From assembly GCA_001767075.1 (NCBI GenBank), contig MEKX01000019.1, positions 3,335 to 57,942 on the forward strand: a stretch of 54,608 nucleotides of DNA, written 5' to 3'. Position 1 is the stretch's first letter, and each line of letters begins with the position of its first letter. This DNA comes from Acidobacteria bacterium RIFCSPLOWO2_12_FULL_54_10 (GTDB lineage Bacteria; Acidobacteriota; Terriglobia; 2-12-FULL-54-10). Under the pieces are notes generated by a model. It saw nothing but the letters and a program-made list of their open reading frames with translations, searched no databases and was not told the DNA's origin. Both the position numbers and the translations under genes were made by a program. Below, one piece after another: positions 1-9,435 of the stretch.

Positions 1-1005
1 GATGCCTTTCATGCCCGTCTCGTTGCCGGAAACCAAGCCGAGCAAAAGATAACCGGCGTGAGAAATGGCTGAGTAGGCCAGCAGCCGTTTCACGTTGGAC
101 TGGCTGATGGCAGCGAGATTTCCCAACGTCATGGTGGCAATGGAAACGCCGACCAACAGCGGCAGCCATTCCTCGCGGGCGCTGCCCAGCGGGACCAAAA
201 ACATCCGCAACAAGAATGCGAAAGAGGCGGCCTTGGGGCCCACCGACATGAATGCCGTAACCGAAGTTGGCGCGCCTTCATAAGCGTCGGGAAGCCATTG
301 GTGGAAGGGCACGGCGCCCACTTTGAAGAAAAGTCCGGCGGCAATGGCCGTAATAGCGATCAGAACCAGCGGATCACCCGCAGGCCGGGCGGCGAGGGAG
401 TCGGCGATGACATTGAGGTTGGTGGAACCGCTCATGCCATACAACAGCGACATGCCATAGGCCAGAATGCCGGAAGAAAAAGCTCCCAGCAGCAGATACT
501 TCAAAGCAGCTTCATTGGAGCGGCGGTCGCGGCGGAGAAAACCAGTCAGAATATAAACGGACAGCACCATCAGCTCGAGGGCAATGAACAGAGTCACCAA
601 ATCCATTCCCATAACCAGAACCATCATGCCCACCGCGGCAAACAGCATAATCGCGTAATGCTCGCCGTGGTGCTCCTGCTCAATTTCGAGATAGCGGATG
701 GCGATGAGAATGGCAATGGCGGATGAAATCAGGAAAATCCAGGAAAAATAAATGGCAAAGCGGTCGAGAACGACGGCGCCGCGAAAGGCTTCAATCTGAG
801 CAACGCCCTGAGCCGCCATTTCGGACTGAATCAGCCAGAGCTGCACGGCGGCGAACGCCAACCCGACCAACGCAGTGACGGCATTCATGTATTTATGCTG
901 CTGGTCGAGAAAAAGGTCTGTCAGCATCACACCGATGCCGAACAGGGTGAGCAGGATCACCGGCTTCAGGACTAGGAAGTCAATGGGTGAAAAGTATTCG
1001 TTCAT
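1..1005 (-). CDS. nuoN: NADH-quinone oxidoreductase subunit N (partial, runs off the left edge)
   Basis: Not in the ORF track; translated by hand from ATG at 1005: MNEYFSPIDFLVLKPVILLTLFGIG..., then EAALKYLLLGAFSSG, FKVGAVPFHQWLPDAYEGAP and NVKRLLAYSAISHAGY. Follows nuoM. Confidence 0.93.
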   Translation of the reverse strand, partial: MNEYFSPIDFLVLKPVILLTLFGIGVMLTDLFLDQQHKYMNAVTALVGLAFAAVQLWLIQSEMAAQGVAQIEAFRGAVVLDRFAIYFSWIFLISSAIAILIAIRYLEIEQEHHGEHYAIMLFAAVGMMVLVMGMDLVTLFIALELMVLSVYILTGFLRRDRRSNEAALKYLLLGAFSSGILAYGMSLLYGMSGSTNLNVIADSLAARPAGDPLVLIAITAIAAGLFFKVGAVPFHQWLPDAYEGAPTSVTAFMSVGPKAASFAFLLRMFLVPLGSAREEWLPLLVGVSIATMTLGNLAAISQSNVKRLLAYSAISHAGYLLLGLVSGNETGMKGI

Positions 1006-1036
1006 AAGAGTCGGCGTATCATCCTATCCTTGCCGC

Positions 1037-2617
1037 CTATTGGGCGGCCGGAGCGGCTTGCTCAGCACCCTCTGTATTCGCTTCCGCAATCGGCTCGGGC
1101 GGCACATATTCTTTGGCTGCGTAGTAATCCGGGCGCACGCGCTGGACAATCTTTTGTACCGGTTTTTCCAGGATCGTGAAATAAGGCTTCGGATAAAGGC
1201 CGATCCAGAAGGCCCAAATAATCAGCGGGACCAGGGTCATGACCTCGCGGAAATTCAGGTCTTTGAGCACTTTATTTTCAGGATTATCGAGCGTGCCGAA
1301 CATCGTGCGCTGGTAGAGCCAGAGCAGGTAGGCGGCGCCGAGGACAATGCCGGAGACACCGAAAGCCGCCCAGACCCAGTTTTCTTCGTAAGCGCCTTGC
1401 AGGATAACAAACTCACCGATGAAGCCATTCAGAGTGGGCAGTCCTAGAGACGACATTGCAATGATCAAAAACAGGGTGGCGTAAACCGGCATGACGGTGG
1501 AAAGGCCGCCGAATTCTGAAATTTCCTTAGTATGGCGGCGCTCGTAGATGATGCCGACGATCAAGAAGAGCGCGCCCGTGGAGATGCCGTGGTTGATCTG
1601 CTGAATCAAGCTACCGGTAAGACCGTTGGGATTCAGAGCAAAAATACCCAAAGTGCAAAAGCCCAGGTGGCTGACCGAAGAGTAAGCGACCAGCTTCTTC
1701 CAGTCCTTCTGCATCAGCGAAACCAGCGCTCCGTAAATAATGCCGATGATGGAGAGCGTGACCATCGCCGTCACGATGCGATCATCGCGCGACGCATCGG
1801 GGAGCATGGGCAGGGAGAATCTCACGAACCCATAAGTTCCCATCTTCAGCAAAACGCCCGCCAGGATCACGGAACCTGCGGTGGGAGCCTGCACGTGGGC
1901 GTCGGGAAGCCAGGTGTGGAAGGGGAACATGGGAACCTTGATCGCAAATCCTACAAAAAAAGCCAGGAACAGCCACAACTGCAAATTGAGCGGCATATTC
2001 AGGTTCTGCAAGGTGACGACATCGAAGGAATAAACGCCGGTCTGCGAATGGTTCCAGAAATAAATGGTCAGGATGCCGAGCAGCATGAGCACGGAACCGA
2101 CCAACGTATATAGGAAGAACTTAATCGCGGCGTACAGCTTCTGCGGTCCGCCCCAGATGCCGATGAGGAAGTACATGGGAACGAGCATCACTTCCCAGAA
2201 AACGTAAAAGAGGAAGAAGTCGAGCGACATGAAAACGCCCAGCATCCCGGCCTGGAGGATGAGTATGTAAACGTAGAATTCCTTGACGCGCTCCGCGATG
2301 GACGACCAGGAGCAGAGGATGGCGATGAACCCGAGGACGGTGGTCAGCATGATGAGCAGAAAACTGATGCCGTCGATGCCGAGAGAGAAGCTGGCGCCGA
2401 TGGAGGGAATCCAATCCACTTTTTCCGTAAATTGGAAATCGCCAATCGAACTGTCAAACCAGAAAACCAGCGGGAGCGAGATCAGGAAGCCGGCAAACCC
2501 AATGATATTTGCCGTCCAGCGGATCAGGTTGGTATTCCCGCCCGGAAGCAACATCAGCAAGATGGCCCCCGCAAGGGGGAAGAAAAGAATGATGCTTAAT
2601 ATATGCTCGTGAAACAT
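1037..2617 (-). CDS. nuoM: NADH-quinone oxidoreductase subunit M
   Basis: FYVFWEVMLVPMY, IKVPMFPFHTWLPDAHVQAP and KKLVAYSSVSH motifs; lies between nuoL and nuoN. Confidence 0.96.
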   Translation of the reverse strand: MFHEHILSIILFFPLAGAILLMLLPGGNTNLIRWTANIIGFAGFLISLPLVFWFDSSIGDFQFTEKVDWIPSIGASFSLGIDGISFLLIMLTTVLGFIAILCSWSSIAERVKEFYVYILILQAGMLGVFMSLDFFLFYVFWEVMLVPMYFLIGIWGGPQKLYAAIKFFLYTLVGSVLMLLGILTIYFWNHSQTGVYSFDVVTLQNLNMPLNLQLWLFLAFFVGFAIKVPMFPFHTWLPDAHVQAPTAGSVILAGVLLKMGTYGFVRFSLPMLPDASRDDRIVTAMVTLSIIGIIYGALVSLMQKDWKKLVAYSSVSHLGFCTLGIFALNPNGLTGSLIQQINHGISTGALFLIVGIIYERRHTKEISEFGGLSTVMPVYATLFLIIAMSSLGLPTLNGFIGEFVILQGAYEENWVWAAFGVSGIVLGAAYLLWLYQRTMFGTLDNPENKVLKDLNFREVMTLVPLIIWAFWIGLYPKPYFTILEKPVQKIVQRVRPDYYAAKEYVPPEPIAEANTEGAEQAAPAAQ

Positions 2618-2671
2618 CCTCGTTCAGTCCTTTTCTCTCTCCAGGAGAGCCAGATTTATCATGCGCAAACG

Positions 2672-4726
2672 TCAGCCCAGCAGGAAATAACTCATAAAGA
2701 TCAGAATACCAAACAGAATGAACAGCGCAGATCCCTGCACCAAACCGGTTTGCAGCAGCCGCACCGGATAAGAAAGCACCCGGACCGCAAAAGCGCTGGC
2801 GCGCACAAAACCATCGATGACCCAGGTATCCCACCAGATGGAAGCGCGGGAGAATAGGCGAGTGAGCCAGGCCGAGCCATTTACGCCACCGTCAATGACG
2901 CTCGAGTCAAAGCGCCACAAGGCATTGCCGCCGCCTTTGCAAAAGCCTTCCACTAAATATTTATTGTAAAACTCATCCACATAATATTTGTTCTGGAGCA
3001 CGCGGTGGATTCCGCTGAAATTCGTAGCCAGACTTTCTGATGCAGCGGGATTCTTCAAGAAGAAGTAATAGGCCAGAAAAACGCCGAAACAGGCTACGGC
3101 GACCGACAGACCCATGAACATATACTCCTGCGCATGGCTGGCTGCAAGCTCCGCCGCATGCCCCCCGGCTGCCAGAATGTGATGCGACGGCTCAAACACC
3201 GGCTCCAGCCAATGTTCCAGGCGATTGCTTCCGCCCAATGCAGCAGGCCAGCCGATCCAGCCACCGATGGCGGATAGCACGGCGAGCACTATCAGCGGGA
3301 TGGTCATCGACTTGGGTGATTCGTGAATATGGTGCTCAACATGGTGGTCGACGCGTGACTTGCCAAAAAATGCAAGAAACACAAGACGCCAGATGTAGCA
3401 AGCCGTTAAACCAGCGGTAATAAAACCAATCATCCACAATAGCCAGCTAATTCCCACGCTGCTATTCCAGGTTAGCCAGAGAATCTCATCCTTGCTGAAA
3501 AAGCCAGCGAAGGGAGGCAATCCGATGATGGCTAGCGAGGCGACCATGAACGTTCCGTAGGTGACCGGGATTTTGTTTTTCAGCGCACCCATTTTGTACA
3601 AATCCTGTTCACCGGAGAGAGCGTGGATGACGCTGCCAGCGCCCAAGAAGAGCAGGGCTTTGAAAAAAGCGTGGGTCATCAAGTGGAAGATGCCTGCGCC
3701 GAAAGCGCCGACACCGCAGGCCAGAACCATGTAGCCCAACTGGCTGACAGTGGAATAAGCGAGAACCTTTTTGATGTCGTTTTGCGCAATGCCGATGGTG
3801 GCGGCAAACAAGGCGGTAAAGGCTCCGACGCTCGCTACCACAGCCATGGCATCCGGCGACAGGGTATAGAGAACGTTGGAGCGGGCAATCATGTAAACAC
3901 CGGCGGTCACCATGGTGGCGGCGTGGATCAAGGCGCTGACGGGCGTGGGGCCTTCCATGGCATCAGGCAACCAGACGTAAAGAGGGAATTGCGCGGACTT
4001 ACCCATAGCGCCAACGAACAGGCCAAGCGCGATGAGGGTGAACACGGGATCGCCAATAGAGAAGTGGCCGCTCGCTGCTTGCTCCGTGACACTGGTAAAA
4101 CGAAGCGTGCCGAATGTGGCCAAAATGAGAAACATCCCCAGAACGAAGCCGCCGTCACCGATCCGATTGACGACGAAAGCCTTCTTGCCAGCGTCACCCG
4201 CAGATTTCTTGTGGAAGTAGAAACCGATCAATAGGTAGGAGCACAACCCTACACCTTCCCAGCCGACGAACAAAAGGAGGTAATTATTCCCCAGCACCAG
4301 CGTCAGCATGGAGAACATGAAGAGATTCAGATAACCGAAGAAACGATAATAGCCGCCTTCATGCCCCATGTAGCCGACCGAGTAAACGTGGATGAGGAAG
4401 CCGACCCCCGTTACCACGAGCACCATGACAGAGGACAAGGGATCAAGCAGGAAGCCCCAGTCGGCGCCGATGCGCGACATGTCGCCATTGGCCATATGGA
4501 AACCAGCGCTGGGCAGCCAAGTGTAAAGAATCTTTTCGTAGCGGCGCTCAGCGAGGCCGGAAAGTTGCATCACCGCGCCCAACGCGAAAATAAAAGAGAT
4601 CAGCACAGAACCAGGGCAGATGATGCTCACGATTTTGTTCGGGAGCTTCTTGCCGAACAACAGCATAATCAGCGCCCCGGCAGCGGGGAACAGCGGGATG
4701 AGCCAGATGGATTCCAGAAAGTTCAT
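2672..4726 (-). CDS. nuoL: NADH-quinone oxidoreductase subunit L
   Basis: GWEGVGLCSYLLIGF, GKSAQFPLYVWLPDAMEGPTPVSALIHAATMV and THAFFKALLF motifs. Start is ATG 4726 (alternative TTG 4729). Confidence 0.96.
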   Translation of the reverse strand: MNFLESIWLIPLFPAAGALIMLLFGKKLPNKIVSIICPGSVLISFIFALGAVMQLSGLAERRYEKILYTWLPSAGFHMANGDMSRIGADWGFLLDPLSSVMVLVVTGVGFLIHVYSVGYMGHEGGYYRFFGYLNLFMFSMLTLVLGNNYLLLFVGWEGVGLCSYLLIGFYFHKKSAGDAGKKAFVVNRIGDGGFVLGMFLILATFGTLRFTSVTEQAASGHFSIGDPVFTLIALGLFVGAMGKSAQFPLYVWLPDAMEGPTPVSALIHAATMVTAGVYMIARSNVLYTLSPDAMAVVASVGAFTALFAATIGIAQNDIKKVLAYSTVSQLGYMVLACGVGAFGAGIFHLMTHAFFKALLFLGAGSVIHALSGEQDLYKMGALKNKIPVTYGTFMVASLAIIGLPPFAGFFSKDEILWLTWNSSVGISWLLWMIGFITAGLTACYIWRLVFLAFFGKSRVDHHVEHHIHESPKSMTIPLIVLAVLSAIGGWIGWPAALGGSNRLEHWLEPVFEPSHHILAAGGHAAELAASHAQEYMFMGLSVAVACFGVFLAYYFFLKNPAASESLATNFSGIHRVLQNKYYVDEFYNKYLVEGFCKGGGNALWRFDSSVIDGGVNGSAWLTRLFSRASIWWDTWVIDGFVRASAFAVRVLSYPVRLLQTGLVQGSALFILFGILIFMSYFLLG

Positions 4727-4730
4727 CAAT

Positions 4731-5039
4731 CTACCATTTCATCAGATCAATTTCGTCCGCGTTCACGGTTTCTTTATTACGGAACAGGGCAATAATAATG
4801 CCGAGACCGACAGCCGCCTCCGCCGCGGCATCCACGATTACAAAAACGGCAAATGCCTGGCCAGACATATTCATCAATTGATTCGAGAAAGCCACCAGAT
4901 TGATGTTGACAGCATTCAAGATCAGCTCAATGGACATCAAGATAATGACGACATTGCGGCGCGTGAGAACCCCGATGGTTCCGATGGAAAACAGCGCCGC
5001 GCTGAGCATTACGTAATGTGCTGTTGTGATCTCGGGCAT
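4731..5039 (-). CDS. nuoK: NADH-quinone oxidoreductase subunit K
   Basis: 102 aa with 3 hydrophobic segments; [17 protein letters not shown] and AAAEAAVGL. Confidence 0.96.
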   Translation of the reverse strand: MPEITTAHYVMLSAALFSIGTIGVLTRRNVVIILMSIELILNAVNINLVAFSNQLMNMSGQAFAVFVIVDAAAEAAVGLGIIIALFRNKETVNADEIDLMKW

Positions 5040-5078
5040 GTCTGAATCTCTAGGTTGGAAAGAATCCCGAACCCTTAT

Positions 5079-5594
5079 CTATATCTCCTTCTTGGCCATA
5101 AGCACAGCGCCCAAAATTGCCACAAGCAAAAGCAGAGAAGCGATTTCAAATGGAAGCAGGTAATCCTGAAATAACGCTACCGCCATTAACTCCGTATTGG
5201 GTTTGAGAGCACCCTGGCCCGGCTCAGCAAAAGCGAAGGAGCCAGCACCCCGCATGAGGAAGAATCCGAATTCGACCAGAACAACCAGGGTGCAGATTAA
5301 AGCGAGGCTCCACTGCCGGTTGAACTGCCGCTGCTTGGCGGCTTCGTCGAGATTGACCAGCATGATGACGAACAGGAACAGAACCATGATGCCGCCGATA
5401 TAGACAAGAATCTGGACTGCGGCGAGGAACTCCGCGTTCAGATGCAGGTATAAGCCAGCCACGCCCATGAGCGTAACGACCAGCCAAATGGCGCTGTGCA
5501 CGGCGTTTCGGCGCGTGATGGTCATGATGGCGCCGCCAAGAATGACGACCGCCAGCACATAGAAAAACAAACCGTTTAATATCGACTCAGGCAT
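5079..5594 (-). CDS. nuoJ: NADH-quinone oxidoreductase subunit J
   Basis: NAVHSA, AEFLAAVQILVYIGGIMVLFLFVIML and YLLPFEIAS motifs. Confidence 0.96.
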   Translation of the reverse strand: MPESILNGLFFYVLAVVILGGAIMTITRRNAVHSAIWLVVTLMGVAGLYLHLNAEFLAAVQILVYIGGIMVLFLFVIMLVNLDEAAKQRQFNRQWSLALICTLVVLVEFGFFLMRGAGSFAFAEPGQGALKPNTELMAVALFQDYLLPFEIASLLLLVAILGAVLMAKKEI

Positions 5595-5615
5595 CCAACG
5601 CTCTCAAAAATTGCC

Positions 5616-6791
5616 TCAAAATAAAATCATGACGATAGCGGTCACAATCACATTCGCCATCGCCAACGGAATCAGCCAGCGCCAGCCGATGCGCATCAAT
5701 TGGTCGTACCGGTAACGCGGCACCGTGAAACGAATCCAGATGAAAGTGTACAAGACCAGGAATACTTTCAGCACAAACCAGAATAGACCCTGCACCCAGT
5801 CCAATACCGCAGGAACGAGAAACAGCAAGCCGATCAGAGCGCAAACGGCTCCCAGCCCCGCCAAGCCCATTTTGTCGATCGGACGGCGCTCCCTGGATGC
5901 GCCAAGAAAGACGAAAAAAGCAAGCACGAACATGGCGAGGATGGGAGCATAGTTCAGGAAATCCAGAAGGCGGACATTCGGGAACGGCCGCAGCCATCCG
6001 CCCAGGAAAAGCGTGACGGCAATCGAAGAAACCACCACCATGTTGGCGTACTCCGCGAGGAAATAGAGGGCAAAGCGGAATCCGCTGTATTCGGTGTGGT
6101 AACCGGCGACGATTTCCGATTCCGCCTCTGGCATATCGAAGGGAGTGCGGTTGGTTTCAGCCAGCGCGGCGATGAAGTAGATCACAAAGGCAACCGGCTG
6201 GTAAAAGATAAACCACATTTGCTGTTCAAGCTGAGCGTGCACCATTTGTTGCATGCTGAGAGTGCCAGCGACCATCAATCCGCCGATGAGAGCGAAGCCT
6301 AATGCCACTTCGTAGCTCACCAATTGAGCCGTGGAGCGCAGCGCGCCCAACAGCGGGTAATGGCTGTTGGAACTCCAGCCGCCCAGGATGATGCCTAGGA
6401 TACCGACCGAGGTGATCGACAATAGGAATAAAAGACCTACGTTGGTGTCGGCGACGAAGAAATATTTGCTAAAGGGGACCAGCGAGAGAGCTACCAGGGC
6501 CGTCACAACGGAAATGACGGGCGCCAGCCAAAAGACCATGCGGTCCGCTTTGGCGGGGATGATGTCTTCTTTGATCAGCAGCTTTACCGCGTCCGCTATG
6601 GGCTGTAGCAACCCATGCGGGCCAACGCGCATGGGACCCAAGCGAACCTGGATATCCGCCATCACCTTGCGCTCCAGCAAAACGATGTAGCCGGCAATGA
6701 GCGGGAAAACGGCGACTAAGATAACGATGTAAAGCGCTGGCAGAACAAATGGTTCGATGGAAGGAGGGAATGAAAATGGCAACTCAGTCAT
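5616..6791 (-). CDS. nuoH: NADH-quinone oxidoreductase subunit H
   Basis: ERKVMADIQVRLGP, GLLQPIADAVKL, AETNRTPFDMPEAESE and PRYRYDQLM motifs. Confidence 0.96.
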   Translation of the reverse strand: MTELPFSFPPSIEPFVLPALYIVILVAVFPLIAGYIVLLERKVMADIQVRLGPMRVGPHGLLQPIADAVKLLIKEDIIPAKADRMVFWLAPVISVVTALVALSLVPFSKYFFVADTNVGLLFLLSITSVGILGIILGGWSSNSHYPLLGALRSTAQLVSYEVALGFALIGGLMVAGTLSMQQMVHAQLEQQMWFIFYQPVAFVIYFIAALAETNRTPFDMPEAESEIVAGYHTEYSGFRFALYFLAEYANMVVVSSIAVTLFLGGWLRPFPNVRLLDFLNYAPILAMFVLAFFVFLGASRERRPIDKMGLAGLGAVCALIGLLFLVPAVLDWVQGLFWFVLKVFLVLYTFIWIRFTVPRYRYDQLMRIGWRWLIPLAMANVIVTAIVMILF

Positions 6792-6821
6792 CCTCCCGCT
6801 TTAAGGAAATACTCCAGAATG

Positions 6822-7946
6822 TCACCGGTCCACTTCTCCTAATACGATATCGATCGTTCCGATGACTGCGACCACATCGGCAATCAAGAGGCCGCGGACC
6901 ATGCGATCCAAAGCCTGAAGGTTGACAAAGCTGGGCGGACGAACTCGCACCCGATAGGGCTGCGTACTGCCATCACTGACAATGTAATAACCCAGTTCAC
7001 CCTTGGGAGCTTCGATGGAGTGATATACCTCACCGACGGGAGGCTTTATGACCTTGGGAACTTTCCCGATGATCGGGCCGGCGGGCAGACGGTCAACGCC
7101 CTGGCGGGCGATGCGCAAAGACTGGCGCATCTCCTCCATGCGGACCAAATACCGATCATAGGTATCGCCGTTCTCGCCGGTGGGTATGTCAAAGTCCATT
7201 TCCTCGTAGGCAGCATAAGGCATGGCTTTGCGGATGTCCCATTTAACTCCACTGGCGCGCAGGACGGGGCCGGTTACGCCAAAATCGATGGCTTCGTCCG
7301 CCTTCAAGATGCCCACGCTTTTGGTCCGTTCCAGCCAAATGCGGTTGTTCGTCAAAAGCATTTCGTATTCATCCAGCCTGCCCGGAAACGTATCGCAAAC
7401 CGCTCTGACTTGCTCCTCGAAGCCATTGTAGGTTTCGTATTGCAACCCGCCGATACGGAAAGCATGGGTCGTCAGGCGAGCGCCGCAATAATTCTCGAAT
7501 ATTTTAAGAATTTCTTCGCGCTCACGAAAACAATAAAACAGCGGAGTGATGGCGCCGATGTCCAGCGCATGGGTTCCCAGCCAAAGCAAATGGCTGGTAA
7601 TGCGATTCAACTCGGTGAGGACGGTTCGAACATACTTGGCGCGCGGCGGAACCTCAATGGCCATCAGTTTTTCCACTGCTTCGCAATAGCCGAGGCCGTT
7701 GGAAACAGCCGCGACGTAATCCATGCGGTCCACATAGGGAGCAAACTGCATGTACGTGCGGTTTTCCGCGATCTTCTCCACACCGCGGTGCAGGTAGCCG
7801 ATGACGCATTCGGTACCCAAAATCTTTTCGCCATCCAGCTTGAGGATGACGCGCAGAACCCCGTGCGTGGAGGGATGCTGCGGCCCCATGTTGATGACCA
7901 GCTCGTTGGCATCCAGAAATGTCGAAGTTGGGGAAGTCTCGATCAT
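6822..7946 (-). CDS. nuoD: NADH-quinone oxidoreductase subunit D
   Basis: [23 protein letters not shown] and C-terminal DIVLGEVDR. No CxxC NiFe ligands, so not a hydrogenase large subunit. Confidence 0.96.
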   Translation of the reverse strand: MIETSPTSTFLDANELVINMGPQHPSTHGVLRVILKLDGEKILGTECVIGYLHRGVEKIAENRTYMQFAPYVDRMDYVAAVSNGLGYCEAVEKLMAIEVPPRAKYVRTVLTELNRITSHLLWLGTHALDIGAITPLFYCFREREEILKIFENYCGARLTTHAFRIGGLQYETYNGFEEQVRAVCDTFPGRLDEYEMLLTNNRIWLERTKSVGILKADEAIDFGVTGPVLRASGVKWDIRKAMPYAAYEEMDFDIPTGENGDTYDRYLVRMEEMRQSLRIARQGVDRLPAGPIIGKVPKVIKPPVGEVYHSIEAPKGELGYYIVSDGSTQPYRVRVRPPSFVNLQALDRMVRGLLIADVVAVIGTIDIVLGEVDR

Positions 7947-8010
7947 GCGATCATCGTCTCAAATCGTCTAAAAGTTGGAGCAATCCCGTCAACAACAGAA
8001 AAAAAACGGC

Positions 8011-8604
8011 TTACTGGCCGCTTTGAATATGCAAATTTTCCTGCACCCACTTCACATCCTGCTGCAAGATGCCGTAATCCTTCCGCAAGGGAAATCCCTG
8101 CCATTCATCCGGCAGCAAAATCCGCTTGAGGTTGGGGTGATGATCGAAGTGGATGCCGAACATGTCGTAAACTTCGCGCTCCATCCAATCGGCCGTGATC
8201 CAAACCGGCACAACGCTTTCGAGCGACTCCGTCTCGCCCACAGGGACTTTCAGGCGAACCCGCTCATTGCGCTTGAAGGAGTAAAGCTGATAAACCACTT
8301 CAAAACGTTTTTCTTTCTGAGGATAATCCGCAGCCGTCAAGTCCGACAGAAAGTCAAATTTAAGTTCTGATTTAAAGAAATGCGCTACCGGCAGAATGCT
8401 TTCTCGCGGAACTATGATGAGGTTTTGCCCGCGAAAACTGAAAGCTTCCAAGTCGACGCCGGGGAATGATTTCCTGAGTGACTGAACAACCTCACTATCC
8501 CACGGCTCCATTGCAGGAGCTGCGGGAGCGGCTGGGTTTGCGTGACCGCCAGCAGGAGCCGCAGGCGCGCCAGCCCCTTCTTCCTTTTTTTGTTCGTCTG
8601 CCAT
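8011..8604 (-). CDS. nuoC: NADH-quinone oxidoreductase subunit C
   Basis: WMEREVYDMFGI and W-GFPLRKDY motifs. The likely start is ATG 8604 (MADEQ...), not the track's 8670. Confidence 0.93.
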   Translation of the reverse strand: MADEQKKEEGAGAPAAPAGGHANPAAPAAPAMEPWDSEVVQSLRKSFPGVDLEAFSFRGQNLIIVPRESILPVAHFFKSELKFDFLSDLTAADYPQKEKRFEVVYQLYSFKRNERVRLKVPVGETESLESVVPVWITADWMEREVYDMFGIHFDHHPNLKRILLPDEWQGFPLRKDYGILQQDVKWVQENLHIQSGQ

Positions 8605-8660
8605 TACGATCTGAAACCGGCCCGCACTGTCTGGACTATAGAAAAACCTAGAACCTATGA

Positions 8661-8690
8661 TTTTTAACACAGCGAAGAAATCAGTGTCAA
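8661..8690 (-). promoter_or_regulatory. Possible sigma70 promoter of the nuoC-N operon
   Basis: Perfect TTGACA at 8690-8685, but only a weak -10 (TTAAAA/TAAAAA) 17-18 nt downstream. Confidence 0.35.
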
Positions 8691-8821
8691 CGTAGAAAAG
8701 TCATCGCAGAATAGGGATTTCTATTTATTTCAACCCGATGTTGCTGCCAAAAATCGAGAAAGCCTCTGAAAATGGCACAATGCAAGAGACAAAAATATTG
8801 ATGAAAAGCATCCTTGCGTAA

Positions 8822-9235
8822 TCAAACTCTTTGCCGCACATGACTGCGGATGAACTCAACAATGGTTTGCAGGGGAGTTCCAGGCTGAAAGATGCCTGCG
8901 ACTCCAACCGCCTTCATCTGCGCAATGTCGGAGTCGGGAACAATCCCGCCGAGCACGACAAGAACATCGTCCATCTTGTTTTCTTTCAGCAGAGCCACGA
9001 CACGCGGAACAATGGTCGTATGCGCTCCGGATAAAATGGAAAGACCGATCACATCTGCGTCTTCCTGCAAAGCAGCGGTCACGATCTGATCGGGAGTCTG
9101 GCGCAGGCCGGTGTAAATAACCTCCATGCCAGCATCCCGCAGCGCGCGGGCGATGATCTTTGCTCCTCGATCATGGCCATCCAAACCCGGCTTGGCCACA
9201 ATCACCCGGATTCTTTTTTCTTCGCTAGTAGGCAT
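8822..9235 (-). CDS. Stand-alone cobalamin-binding subunit of the methylmalonyl-CoA mutase family
   Basis: [11 protein letters not shown] (DxHxxG), GLSILSGAH and LGGIVP motifs; 137 aa. Confidence 0.93.
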   Translation of the reverse strand: MPTSEEKRIRVIVAKPGLDGHDRGAKIIARALRDAGMEVIYTGLRQTPDQIVTAALQEDADVIGLSILSGAHTTIVPRVVALLKENKMDDVLVVLGGIVPDSDIAQMKAVGVAGIFQPGTPLQTIVEFIRSHVRQRV

Positions 9236-9271
9236 ATTTGATGTTGCTGCTTGTCTTAGATATGAATTTTC

Positions 9272-9300
9272 ATCATAGGTAAGCTATATGGCCATGTCAA
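9272..9300 (-). promoter_or_regulatory. sigma70 promoter of the B12-binding subunit gene
   Basis: TTGACA-N17-TATGAT on the minus strand, ending 37 nt upstream of the ATG at 9235. Confidence 0.7.
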
Positions 9301-9435
9301 CAAATGCTGTCTGTTTGCGGAGCAACAGATCAGCATGGCGGAGGCATCTGATCTGGTAGACTCTAAAGAGTTCGTAATGTTAGCTGAGAAACGCTTGTGC
9401 GTTTCAAAATAAAATAAGCAACACCAGGGCTCAAA

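Noticed and set aside
1037-4726. Possible 2M-type complex I or Mrp/hydrogenase complex
   Set aside because: There is only one nuoM between L and N, and NuoD lacks NiFe cysteines and has the quinone-site motifs.
7020-8129. 369-aa plus-strand ORF
   Set aside because: It is the antisense shadow of nuoD/nuoC, has no recognisable motifs, and is expected from codon bias.
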